DNA of 64,000 bases from Ostrea edulis (taxonomy: Eukaryota): assembly GCF_947568905.1 (NCBI RefSeq), contig NC_079164.1:101928001-101992000 (forward strand), written 5' to 3'. The translations under genes were made by a program, and so were the position numbers. Shown piece after piece: positions 11,401 through 22,337 of the stretch. Under the pieces are notes generated by a model. The model made no database searches. It was given only the letters and a program-made list of their open reading frames with translations, and had not been told where the DNA came from. Position 1 is the first letter of the stretch. The number at the start of each line of letters is the position of its first letter.

Positions 11401-14400
11401 CCTGGTGAGTTCACATACACTATACATCACTCTCAAGTTTACACACACTATACATCACTCCCTGGTGAGTTCACACTCACTATACATCACTCCCTGGTGA
11501 GTTCACACTCACTATACACCACTCTGATGAGTTCACACACACTATACACCACTCCCAGGTGAGTTCACACTCACTATACATCACTCCCTGGTGAGTTCAC
11601 ACTAACTATACATCACTCCCTGGTGAGTTCATACTCACTATACATCACTCCCTGGTGAGTTCACACTCACTATACATCACTCCTTGGTGAGTTCACACTC
11701 ACTATACACCACTCCCTGGTGAGTTCACACTCAATATACATCACTCCCTGGTGAGTTCACACTCACTATACACCACTCCCTGGTGAGTTCACACTCACTA
11801 TACATCACTCCCTGGTGAGTTCACACTCACTATACATCACTCCCCGGTGAGTTCACACTCACTATACATCACTCCCTGGTGAGTTCACACTCACTATACA
11901 TCACTCCCTGGTGAGTTCACACTCACTATACATCACTCCCTGATGAGTTTACACTCACTATACACCACTCCCTGGTGAGTTCACACTCACTATACATCAC
12001 TCCCCGGTGAGTTCACACTCACTATACATCACTCCCGGGTGAGTTCACACTCACTATACATCACTCTCAAGTTCACACTTACTATACATCACTCTCTGGT
12101 GAGTTCAAACTCACTATACACCACTCCCTGGTGAGTTCACACTCACTATACATCACTCCCTGGTGAGTTCACACTCACTTTACACCACTCTCTGATGAGT
12201 TCACACTCACTCTACACCACTCTCTGATGAGTTCACACCCACGATATATCACTCCCTGGTGAGTTCACACACACAATACACCACTCTCAAGTTCACACAC
12301 ACTATAAAAATTTATGTATGGATACATTCTATCAGAGTTCAATCAATCTAACAGAAAATGGTCTACACTTGATGACTTCCATTACACTGCTCCTTGGATA
12401 TGCAGAAGAGGTTTTAGCAGTTTGGTTGATTTGCCCCTTATTCACATTTTGTGGTCTTTTGTTAGCTCTTCTGAGCCAAAGGCTCAAAGAGCTAATGCTA
12501 TGGCCATTTGTGCGGTGTGCGTAAACTTTTTAGAAAAAGGGCTATAACTCAAGAACCCCTTGGCCAATTTTTTTCAAATTTGTTACAGGGTATCATTGGC
12601 CCAAGGGCTTTCATACATACTAAATAGAGGGATGTGACCCTTTAACAAGGGGAGATAATCAGGAAAATACAAACAAAAGTAGTGGTTGCTAAAAAATCTT
12701 CTTCTCAAGAACCACAGGGCAGATTATCACCAAACTTACACATAAGGATGAGGATATGTTGTAGATTAAAAATTGTTCAAGGCATTACCCTGGGGCAAAG
12801 GGCGTGGTCTCAAGGTCACTTCAAAGTTGACCTAAATTTATAAAATTTTTAAATTCCTTAAATCTTAGATATTTTAGTCATTATAAGGACTAGGATCATC
12901 AAATTTTGACAATTGATGCATCTTAGGACCTTGTGTCAAGTTGTCTCAAAAGTAGGTCATGGTGACCTACTTTTTGAATTTTGCAGGTATTTATTTTAAA
13001 ATTAATTTTGATGCATATCTTGGACACTTTGAAGCCTATGATCATCAAAACTTGTCAGTTGGTGGATCATGGGACCTTGAAATGCGTCAACTGAAAAATA
13101 GGTCACCGTGACCTACTTTCTGAATTTTATGGCCTATCATTTATAGATCTATTTTAAGTTGTTATTTCAAATACCGAGAGGTTTAGAATCATCAAATCTT
13201 GTAAGTTGATGCATCTTGAGGCCTTGAAACATATTTATAAAAAAAGTAGGTCACAGTGACCTACTTTTTGAATTTTGCAGATATTCAAATTTCACATTTT
13301 CAATTTTAGATGCATATTTTGGGCACTGTAAAACCTAGGATCATCAAACTTTGTCAGTTGATGCATCTTGAGTCTTCGGAGTGTATCGACCAAAAAGTAG
13401 ATCACTGTGACCTACTTTTGGCATTTGACAGTTACATTTATATATTTCAGTCACTAATTGACCTACAATCATCAAACTTTGACAGTTGATGCATCTTGAG
13501 TCTACGGAGTGTGTCGACCAAAAAGTAGGTCACCTTGACCTACTTTTGGAATTTGACGGCTGTATTTATATATTTCAGATACTATTTGACCTACAGTCAT
13601 CAAGCTTTGTCAGTTGATGGGTCTTGCATGTTCGAAGGGTTTCGACCAAAAAGTAGGTCAACTTGACCTACTTTTGGAATTGGACACCTATATTTATATA
13701 TTTCAGATACTATTTGACCTACAGTCATCAAACTTTGTCAGTTGATGGGTCTTGCATGTTCGGAGTTCGCTGACCAAAAAGTGGGTCACCATGACCTACG
13801 ATTGGAATTTGACAGCTATATTTCAATATTCAGATACTAATTGGCTTAAAATCATCAAACTTTGTCAGTTGATATTTCTTGGGTTCTCAAAATGTGTAAA
13901 CCAAAAAGTAGGTCACATTGACCTACTTTTTTGAATTCTTAGGATTTAACTAAAGATTTAGAATACTAAGAGGCTAAGAATAGAAATGGTGGGGTTGTAC
14001 AATTTATCAGAAGAGCGATTCTAGGCTCTTGGGCCTCTTGTTTTCTTTAATGCCTAGTAGTATATGCTTCAAGGTAGTCAAGAGGTATTACTATAACCAG
14101 GGATGAGTAATGACAGAGAATCTCAGCTTGTTCGAGAGGATTTGAATCCTATTTATGACTTTTACACTTATATTTATTGCTAAAAATAGATTTTAGTCAG
14201 AAAATAGCTTTGTGTAATTGTCTCTGGCAGATTTGTTTTATGCACCCTTAATAATTCTAACTCCTTAGAGAGGTTCACACCTAAATAGGAGCAGAATCAA
14301 CATTTTTGAAAGTATACTTTTGATTTCTGCATGGAAAGGGAATCAAAAATATACTTCCAAAACAATGATAAGCAACACAAATCATTACATCAAATATATA

Positions 14401-17400
14401 CTCATGTCTTATAATGGTCAATAGAAATATAAAAAAAAGTTTTATTCTAGTAGATTGGAAATTGTGACCTTTTTTTACTTGATTGATATATACTGAAAGA
14501 TTTAAAAAAAAAAAAAAAAATAAATAAAAAATATACTGCATATAGAGTATTGTCAATTTTAAAATTGTACATATGTTATAAATTCTTGCTTTAAAATCTA
14601 AAATGAAACTTTAAAAATTTGGAGTTGTAGATGTTAGATTAAGGTAGCTCATTGCACTAAATTTTTATTTAATGGCTTGTTAAAACACCTAAGACTTATG
14701 AAGTATGATTTCACCACCGAAAGATACAAGCTCTCAATTATTTCATATGATTTTTTTTGCGATTTATCCCAGAATGATAAAAAAGGTACATGTATTTGTT
14801 TGCAAATAAGACACTCTAGAGTCCAAATTTTGCTGTGATTTGATTCATAATATGAATATTTAAGAAAACATGCCTAAACGACTCAGATAGATGCTCTAAT
14901 TTTTTTAATAAAAAATATTTATAAAAATTAAAAACGTTATTTGCTAATATTTATTAAATCTACGGATCCGTTAAAATCTTCAAAAAAAACATGTCAGTTA
15001 GAAAAAAGATGTATCAGAGATTTGAAATATATTTTAAAAAGAAATAAGAGCAATTAATTAATTAACACTGGTATTAAGTTAATAATAAGTTACTAATGGA
15101 TTCTACTTTGCATTTAAAAACCATTAGCAAAATTGCAAAGCTTAATTTTTAAAATATATACGAGTTGAAAATGTAGGCAGGAATCCAGAGTTAGCATGCA
15201 TAGTTCTTTACAACATTTGGATAAGTTCCAAGTCTCTACTAGTTGCATTAATTATAAATGACAAAATTGAAATACCGGTAGGGTCACATCTAGGGGTATA
15301 GATATTGACAACATATTCGATAAAACAGAAACTGTGGAATTGAGCAGATTTAGAACTTTTTGATTGAACATTCCTTCTGCCACAAAGTGTACTCCTTTCC
15401 AAACCCTTTCAAAAGAATCAACATAAAAAATTTCATCTGGATAGGTGAAGGTATCAAATAAATGTATGATATGTTTGGACCACTGAAATAAGTATTTGAC
15501 TATAGTACCTACAGTTTTAACATCTTGCACAGTTGTGCTCAAAAGCAGAGGAACAATCTGATTAAAATCAGATCCTATGATTCGCTCGCATAGATCTGCT
15601 ACACTGGTGTAGTGAACTACATGAGCAAATCAAAGGATCTGATTTTAATAAGATTGGCTGAGGAGCTAACTTTTTTATAGCAATAAATATTTTTAGCCTA
15701 TAAGTTGCACACAGCCCTTAAACATGTTAAATAGATGGAAGGTGAGAGGCAGATGGCTTCTTGTGACATTTGATCTTTAATTAATGGGGCTTAATTAATG
15801 AGTCTTCATTCCTTAAGAATGCCCCTATTGTTTTGTCCCCAACCTAGCTATATATTTTCTAAAATTTAAAAAATTTGAATCAAGTAAAATTCATAGTGTG
15901 CAGGTCCAGTAAATCAATTTCATGTTATTGAATCAGAGGCAGATACGGAATACTATCATTGTTTTTTAAATCAGAAGGTCGAGGTCATTGGGTCACATGG
16001 TAAGATGTGGTTTGATCTCTGGATGATAATGATATTTTAGTCCTGTATAAGCTTCAGAAATAAAACTTCACATAAATTATTCTTCATGACTTTAGAGTGT
16101 TGAGTTCAGAAGGTCAGATATCAAAGTCATTGGGTCATCACATGATCAGAGGTTAAACGTAGATTATCTAAGGTAGTCAAAGAACTATGAACCAGTATAT
16201 AGTAGAAAATCATTGTAGCTGTTGTGCTTCAATCTTCTTCCTCCATATACTGAGGTAGGAGAAGTTATGTTGAAATTGATCAAAAATTAAAGGGATGATA
16301 GGCAAGAGTTCTTTCCCTTGTCAGCATCAATCTCCTTCCCTGAGATAGTTTTACTGCATTGCCATTGTGCTATCAGTGTCTGTTAAACAAGACATTATTC
16401 TAAACTCCCAAATTCTCATGAAAGCACTTCATTCATTACTTGAATTTATATTTATTAAATCTAATTCATCTGACTGAACATATTGATCACACCTGCAGTG
16501 ACAAGATTAGATTTTAGCTGACAAATGTCATACAACATACTCAGTCTAATATATACTTAACTTTCACAGCCTGAGAACCGAATCTTACAGCAGAAATCTC
16601 TATTACTGGAATAATTATGTTGGGTTTTTTTACTTTTAGTTATGTTTTAATGTTAAAGTGAAATGCATTAGTACATGCAGAAAATATTTTAAATAACAAG
16701 TTGAACGGGAGCTAATAAACAGATCATCTGTAAGCTGGGTCGTTGCTCGGTACCAAAACATTTTTTTCTCATGGCTTTCTTAGGTAGATTTGAAGTAAAG
16801 TTTAAAGTTCTAACAGACAGGGAACTTTACCGAGAGAGAAAATATTTAAATTAGTCTTTTAAACTGCATACATTTACAAGCAATCAGTGCACACAACCTC
16901 ACTTAAGTCTTGTGGGGGATGAACATTAGGCAGATTTTCAATCAGTGTTTAAACAAAGTGTTATTGTTTGGAGAGGTGGATGTCCTATTTTGTAAATTTA
17001 TGCAGTATAAAAAATGTGTGTTGCAAGGTGTCCGTGTTAATCAGAATCTTAAAACAACTCAATTAGCATTCCTTGTTCGAAGTTCAAAATTTATACGGTG
17101 ATACTGTGATGTATGTAGCAGTCTGGGTTTTAAGTTCGATTGTGACGTATTTCTGTGATGTGTGGCCTTCTGAACAGCAGACAACACAGTGAGGTCCTTA
17201 GTGTTGCTCCACAGTCAGGTATATTATACACCAAGAAACCATCATCTCGCCATGTTTCCATCTTGTATGGATGATGCATCTCTGGATGCACACAGTCTAT
17301 TATGATTTGGATGCTGCATCTGGACTGTGTTTTATTAGTGACCAGTTTACAGTTTGTGAAATAGGTTTATTCCATAGTCCAGATTAGAGACCAGTTTATA

Positions 17401-20400
17401 GTTTGTGAAGTAGGCTTATTCCTTAGTCCAGATTAGTGAGCAGTTTACAGTTTGTGAAGTAGGTTTATTTCATAGTTCAGATTAGAGACCAGTTTATAGT
17501 TTGTGAAGTAGGCTTATTCCATGGTCCAGATTAGTGACCAGTTTACAGTTTGTGAAGTAGGTTTATTCCTTGGTCCAGATTAGAGACCATGCAGTTTACA
17601 GTTTGTGAAGTAGGTTTATTCCATAGTCCAGATTAGGGACCAGTTTACAGTTTGTGATGTAGGTGTATTCCTTGGTCCAGATTAGAGACCATGCAGTTTA
17701 CAGTTTGTGAAGTAGGTTTATTCCATAGTCCAGATTAGGGACCAGTTTACAGTTTGTGATGTAGGTTTATTCCTTAGTCCAGATTAGTGACCAGTTTACA
17801 ATTTGTGATGTAGGTTTATTCCTTAGTCCAGATTAGTGACCAGTTTACAATTTGTGATGTAGGTTTATTCCTTAGTCCAGATTAGTGACCAGTTTACAAT
17901 TTGTGAAGTAGGTTTATTCCATAGTCCAGATTAGTGACCAGTTTACAGTTTGTGAAGTAGGTTTATTCCATGGTCCAGATTAGTGACCTACAGTTTACAG
18001 TTTGTGATGTAGGTTTATTCCTTAGTCCAGATTAGTGACCAGTTTACAATTTGTGAAGTAGGTTTATTCCATAGTCCAGATTAGTGACCAGTTTACAGTT
18101 TGTGAAGTAGGTTTATTCCATGGTCCAGATTAGTGACCTACAGTTTACAGTTTGTGAAGTAGGTTTATTCCTTAGTCCAGATTAGGGACCAGTTTACAGT
18201 TTGTGAAGTAGGTTTATTCCTTAGTCCAGATTAGGGACCAGTTTACAGTTTGTGGTGTAGATTCTTCAGCAAGAGTAACTTTGATGTGGTTCAAATTTGC
18301 ATGGATATCTTATTACTAGTTTATAATCTTTATATGTCTCAAAGATCAAGGTAAACTGGTAAATGTTTACTGTCCATGTCTATCACCATCCATCTGACCT
18401 CACTATTTATCTGACCTTAGGATATCATTGTCCATCTGACCTCACTATTTATCTGACCTCAGGATATCACTGTCCATCTGACCTCACTCTTTATCTGACC
18501 TCCGGATATCATTGTCCATCTGACCTCAGGGTATCACTGTCCATCTGACCTCAGAATACCACTTTCCATCCAACCTCAATATATCACTGTTCATTTGACC
18601 TCAAGATATCATTGTCCATCTGACCTCAGAATACCACTTTCCATCCAACCTCAATATATCACTGTTCATTTGACCTCAAGATATCATTGTCCATCTGACC
18701 TCAGGATATCACTGTCCATCTGACCTCGGGATATCTATTTAAACAGTATTTTATTATGAATAACATAATAAGGATTAGGCAGCAGGCATCAAATATATAA
18801 GACTTCTCCTTTAAGGTACAAGGTAAAGTCAACATAATTATGCACACAAGAAATTACACATGCACACAAGAAATTACTTTGGGATATCACTGACTGTCCA
18901 AACTCTTTTCTGTTAAATTTTGCATGCGCTTTTGGGCAAGATTTCCTGAATGTTTTATGTTTCAATTGATTGATATAATGGTTGAAATCACTTAAAAACT
19001 ACAGTTATCTCATAAATTCTTGTTGAATACATGGATATTGAAATTTCATTTCCAAAAAGAGTGTATTTTTATAATAGAAAATCCATTTCTTCTTTCAAAA
19101 TTCAAAAGATATTTTGGATAGCAGTCTTATATTCAAAATTTAAATCATATTTTTGTTTTTTCAGACCCATCCAAAAAAGTCGAATATATACCAAGTATGA
19201 ATGACATAAGGGTAAGTCTTCAACCCCAAGCACAGCCATAACGCTTGCTTTAAACATCATAAAATATCCATAGTCTTAAATATTCTAATGTACAAAATAT
19301 GTACACATTAAGAAAGATCTTTACCAAAGTCATCAAAACTGACTATATAAAATCATGGTTTTGTATTAGGCACAGAGAGCAGTGAAAGTAAAACTACAAG
19401 TTTTGGAGAAGGAAGCCCAGAAAAAATCAGCAAAACGCAGAGAAGACCAGGCCAAGCAGGAAAAACACCAGCTGAAGGAGCGGGAAAAGGATCTCAGAGT
19501 CAAACAGAGGATAGAGGTAAGCATAAAGGTCATGACCTTGTTTGAACCTCATACTGGATGGGAGAGGAGTAAAAATTTGGGTAAAGTTGTTTTAAAAGGA
19601 GGTCAACAAGAAAATGTAATCAATGGGAGTTGAGCATTAGTGGTCAGCAGACACTTGTCAGTAGTGGTCAGCAGACACTTGTCAGTAGTGGTCAGCAGAC
19701 ACTTGTCAGTAGTGGTCAGTGGTCACTTGTCAGTAGTGATCAGCAGACACTTGTCAGTAGTGGTCAGTAGTCAGCAGACACTTGTCAGTAGGGGTCAGCA
19801 GACACTTGTCAGTAGTAGGAAGTTGTTTATCTAAAGTTCCATAGAAATGAGAAATTATGTGCCACTTTTGATGCTGTGTACTTCATATAATTGTAAATAT
19901 TAGAGACAAATTACGTCAAACTGCTGAGGACATTTTGTGAAATAAAGGAACGATTTAGTCTTTCTTTAAAGATTTGACATTTTGAGCGTTAACACAGAAA
20001 GGCCATCATCACACACAGTCCTTTGAATGTTTGTCAGTAATAAGCCTTTGCTACTTTATGTATTTTGTGATTTAAATTTATTTTCAGTATGACATAAATC
20101 CCTATACATGTATATGTATAAAAAATAACAAGGCAAATTATATTATGAAGATTTATTTTAAAATAACTGTCTAAATTGTTTGTATAGCAGTTAGAGCTAT
20201 ATGGATCTCAGTAGACCACCAGACTAGTAATAAAGGGGTCCCAGGTTCAATTCCCGGTCCAGCCTTAAATTTTATTCTTTCCTCTATTACATTTGTATTA
20301 TGAAAACAATAGAGGGAGGGGGTACTAAGTGATTTCATTGTAATAATCTTCGCTGATTATGAAAATTACCCATAATTCCATTGTTTTCCTTTGTAGTATT

Positions 20401-21102
20401 TGGGTATATCTGTAAAATTTTATATTGTACGTAATATACATCGTATATCACAGATAAAGATTAGTGGTTGAAGAAATGAGTAAACTTGATTTTGGCCCTT
20501 TAAACCTAGCTTGAACCTATCCCTTTATTACAAATAAAGTTGACATTTATAACATAATCTGAGTTATTGCTGGTATCAGATATTGATAGTTTTCATTGGA
20601 GAGAGGAAGTGAGAGATAATGGTGAACAAGTAAATGATGGACAAACTTTATGAAAAATTTGCTTTATGGAATTATATATGTAGATTGTTGATAATGCAAA
20701 TGGCATTGACAAGATACAGTAAAACACAATTATAGCAAATCTCCAGGGCCAGCAAAAAACAATTCATTATAGCCAAACTTCATTAAATTCAATAAAATAT
20801 TTATTATTTCCCTCTCATAGGGGAAAAAACATCACTTCACGATAAACATGGATTCATTATAAGCATGTTTTACTGTATATGATTGTCATTGTACAGTTAA
20901 ACCATCGAATTTGCACATAGACATTGTATATGACCATTTTAAGCAACATGTTCTTAAAATAATTGTAATAAGATAAATCCTTGGACAGTAATTTATTTTA
21001 CTATTTCATCTTCAGATTTATGCCCTCAACAAAATCATGACAGACCTTGAGAACAAGAGGTTTATGGAATTCTGTGAGAAGAAAGGAATTAGTACAACAT
21101 AA
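4719..21102 (+). CDS. About 421-aa protein: long low-complexity N-terminus plus a C-terminal SVBP/CCDC23-like domain; 5 coding exons
   Basis: join(4719..5181,8999..9520,19165..19211,19370..19516,21016..21102) = 1266 nt, GT-AG, phases 1,1,0,0, no internal stop. C-terminus ...EREKDLRVKQRIEIYALNKIMTDLENKRFMEFCEKKGISTT* matches recalled human SVBP [24 protein letters not shown]. Start codon uncertain. Confidence 0.8.
5387..6202. mobile_element. Non-autonomous DNA transposon with CAGGGTTCGAAATTA terminal inverted repeats (hAT-like, uncertain)
   Basis: Perfect 15-bp TIR at 5387 and ending 6202; sub-terminal ggactagt motifs at both ends; flanks tcagg/tcaga (imperfect 5-bp TSD). Confidence 0.75.
6281..6419. 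repeat. 139-bp near-perfect palindrome (hairpin), possibly a Crypton-type or foldback element end
   Basis: Arms 6281-6344 and 6356-6419 are reverse complements with few mismatches; loop gattcaggcga. Confidence 0.85.
8415..8490. repeat. (TA)n microsatellite
   Basis: About 37 TA units with one ttca interruption. Confidence 0.98.
8999..9520 (+). CDS. SVBP-like gene exon 2 (522 nt)
   Basis: tttcag|GA AAG AGA AAG AAG (KRKKR, NLS-like) ... CCA G|gtaagt; open for 174 codons. Confidence 0.8.
9509..12305. repeat. 32-bp minisatellite, about 85 copies, beginning at the exon 2 donor
   Basis: Unit ccctggtgagttcacactcactatacatcact; 814-bp higher-order duplication (markers at 10311/11125 and 10327/11141). 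Confidence 0.97.
12462..14042 (+). mobile_element. Non-autonomous Helentron/'pearl'-type element with internal tandem core repeats
   Basis: 5' ttagctcttctgagccaaaggctcaaagagcta hairpin; repeated cores with the palindrome aaaagtaggtcacggtgacctactttt; 3' gagcgattctaggctcttgggcctcttgtt; T-rich flanks. Confidence 0.8.
15554..15656. mobile_element. Miniature hairpin/MITE related to the element at 35648
   Basis: TIR caatctgattaaaatcagatcc ... ggatctgattttaataagattg; similar to cagtctgattaaaaccagatc at 35648. Confidence 0.6.
17334..18260. repeat. About 49-bp minisatellite, about 19 copies
   Basis: Unit ccagtttacagtttgtgaagtaggtttattccatagtccagattagtga; ends at tgtag|attctt. Confidence 0.95.
18261..18350 (+). 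other. Candidate non-coding or poison cassette exon in SVBP-like intron 2
   Basis: 90-nt unique segment bounded by tgtag| and AAG|gtaaac, between two minisatellites; does not preserve the coding frame. Confidence 0.25.
18380..18733. repeat. 25/41-bp minisatellite
   Basis: Unit atcactgtccatctgacctcaggat, with 41-bp variants at the 5' end. Confidence 0.9.
19165..19211 (+). CDS. SVBP-like gene exon 3 (47 nt)
   Basis: Strong acceptor tttttgttttttcag|, donor AGG|gtaagt; DPSKKVEYIPSMNDIR. Confidence 0.85.
19370..19516 (+). CDS. SVBP-like gene exon 4 (147 nt, coiled-coil-like)
   Basis: attag|GCA CAG AGA ... ATA GAG|gtaagc. Confidence 0.88.
19637..19816. repeat. 24-bp minisatellite, about 7 copies
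   Basis: Unit agtggtcagcagacacttgtcagt. Confidence 0.92.
20195..20291 (+). mobile_element. Degenerate short tRNA-derived SINE or tRNA pseudogene
   Basis: B-box ggttcaattcc; anticodon-loop-like gactagtaa; decayed A-box; does not fold as an intact tRNA. Confidence 0.5.
20717..20875. mobile_element. Tc1/mariner-type MITE
   Basis: TA|CAGTAAAACA ... TGTTTTACTG|TA (TIR plus TA TSD). Confidence 0.75.
21016..21102 (+). CDS. SVBP-like gene terminal coding exon
   Basis: cttcag|ATT TAT GCC CTC AAC AAA ATC ATG ... TAA; IYALNKIMTDLE motif. Confidence 0.9.
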   Translation: MYALNKIMTDLENKRFMEFCEKKGISTT

Positions 21103-21352
21103 CACCGGCCTATAGAGTGTCATTTTGTGAATGTGTATGGGGTACCCCTCTTTCATCAGTTAGTTATAGGAGTTATAACAAAGGCATTATACTGCTGATC
21201 TCATGTAACACAGAACAGGTCACAATTCCCATAGCAACACTTACATACCAGGTCAAAGGTTCCCATATCAACACTTGCATACCAGGTCAAAGTTCCCATA
21301 GCAACACTTACATACCAGGTCAAAGGTTCCCATAGCAACACTTACATACCAG

Positions 21353-21514
21353 GGCTGCGTTCCAAGATTGTAGTGGCTACATAGTGCTAGATAGAGCTAT
21401 AAAATTGAATGTACATCTAGGCTAGCCCCTACGTAGCTAATTCATACAGTGCGTTTATAGACCTAGATATCTAGCCTAGCAGTTAGGCTAGCCACAACGA
21501 TCTCGAACACAGCC
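21353..21514 (+). mobile_element. PIF/Harbinger-type MITE, copy 1
   Basis: TIR GGCTGCGTTC...GAACACAGCC; flanks CAG/TAG; 162 bp. Confidence 0.65.
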
Positions 21515-21592
21515 TAGGTGATACATGTATGTTCCCATAGCAACACTTAAATAACATGTCAAAGTTTTACCACAGCAACACTTACATACCTG

Positions 21593-21759
21593 GGCTGTGT
21601 TCAAGATCGTAGGGTTAGCTGCTAGGCTAGATATCTAGGTATATTGAACGCACTGTATGAATTAACGCTTGTTATCCCTACATAGGGCTAGCCTAGCACA
21701 TTGCTCAAGATTGTAGCGCTACCGAGCCCTACGTAGCTGCTATGATCTTGAACGCAGCC
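21593..21759 (-). mobile_element. PIF/Harbinger-type MITE, copy 2 (inverted relative to copy 1)
   Basis: TIR GGCTGTGTTCAAGAT...ATCTTGAACGCAGCC; flanks CTG/CAG; body is the reverse complement of copy 1. Confidence 0.65.
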
Positions 21760-21992
21760 CAGGTGATGTTCCTATAGCAACACTTACATACCAAATCACA
21801 GGTCTCCATAGCAACACTTACACACCAGGTATATGATGTCTCAGTTTGTGGTGTGATCAGCTCTGACTTTGTGTGTTCTATTTGTGTATAACCTCATTGT
21901 GTTGTATAATGGACAAAGAACCCATGACATCTTCAATCTACAGCTAGTCAGTCAAACTAAAATGGTAGCTTGGAGGATTATCTCTTCATGCA

Positions 21993-22337
21993 TTGTCAAC
22001 ACAGATTGTCAACTCACACTGTCAACTGTCATCTCAGATGTCAACTCACACTGTCAACTGTCGTCTCAGATGTTAAATCACATTGTCAACTGTCATCTCA
22101 GATGTTAAATCACATTGTCAACTGTCATCTCAGATGTTAAATCACATTGTCAACTGTCATCTCAGATGTTAAATCACACTGTCAACTGTCATCTCAGATG
22201 TTAACTCACACTGTCAACTGTCATCTCAGATGTTAAATCACACTGTCAACTGTCATCTCAGATGTTAAATCACATTGTCAACTGTCATCTCAGATGTTAA
22301 CTCACACTGTCAACTGTCATCTCAGATGTCAACTCAA
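21993..22337. repeat. 32-bp minisatellite, about 10 copies
   Basis: Unit gtcaactgtcatctcagatgttaaatcacatt. Confidence 0.95.

Larger units (their letters stand above)
21215..21830. repeat. 31-bp tandem repeat downstream of the SVBP-like stop, interrupted by two MITEs
   Basis: Unit ccatagcaacacttacataccaggtcaaaggttc-like. Confidence 0.8.

Noticed and set aside
15252-15542. 96-aa minus-strand ORF as a nested gene
   Set aside because: TTG start, no recognisable domain, no partner exons found, and a MITE lies immediately upstream.
20195-20291. Functional tRNA gene
   Set aside because: Only the T-arm/B-box is intact; the acceptor and D stems do not pair.
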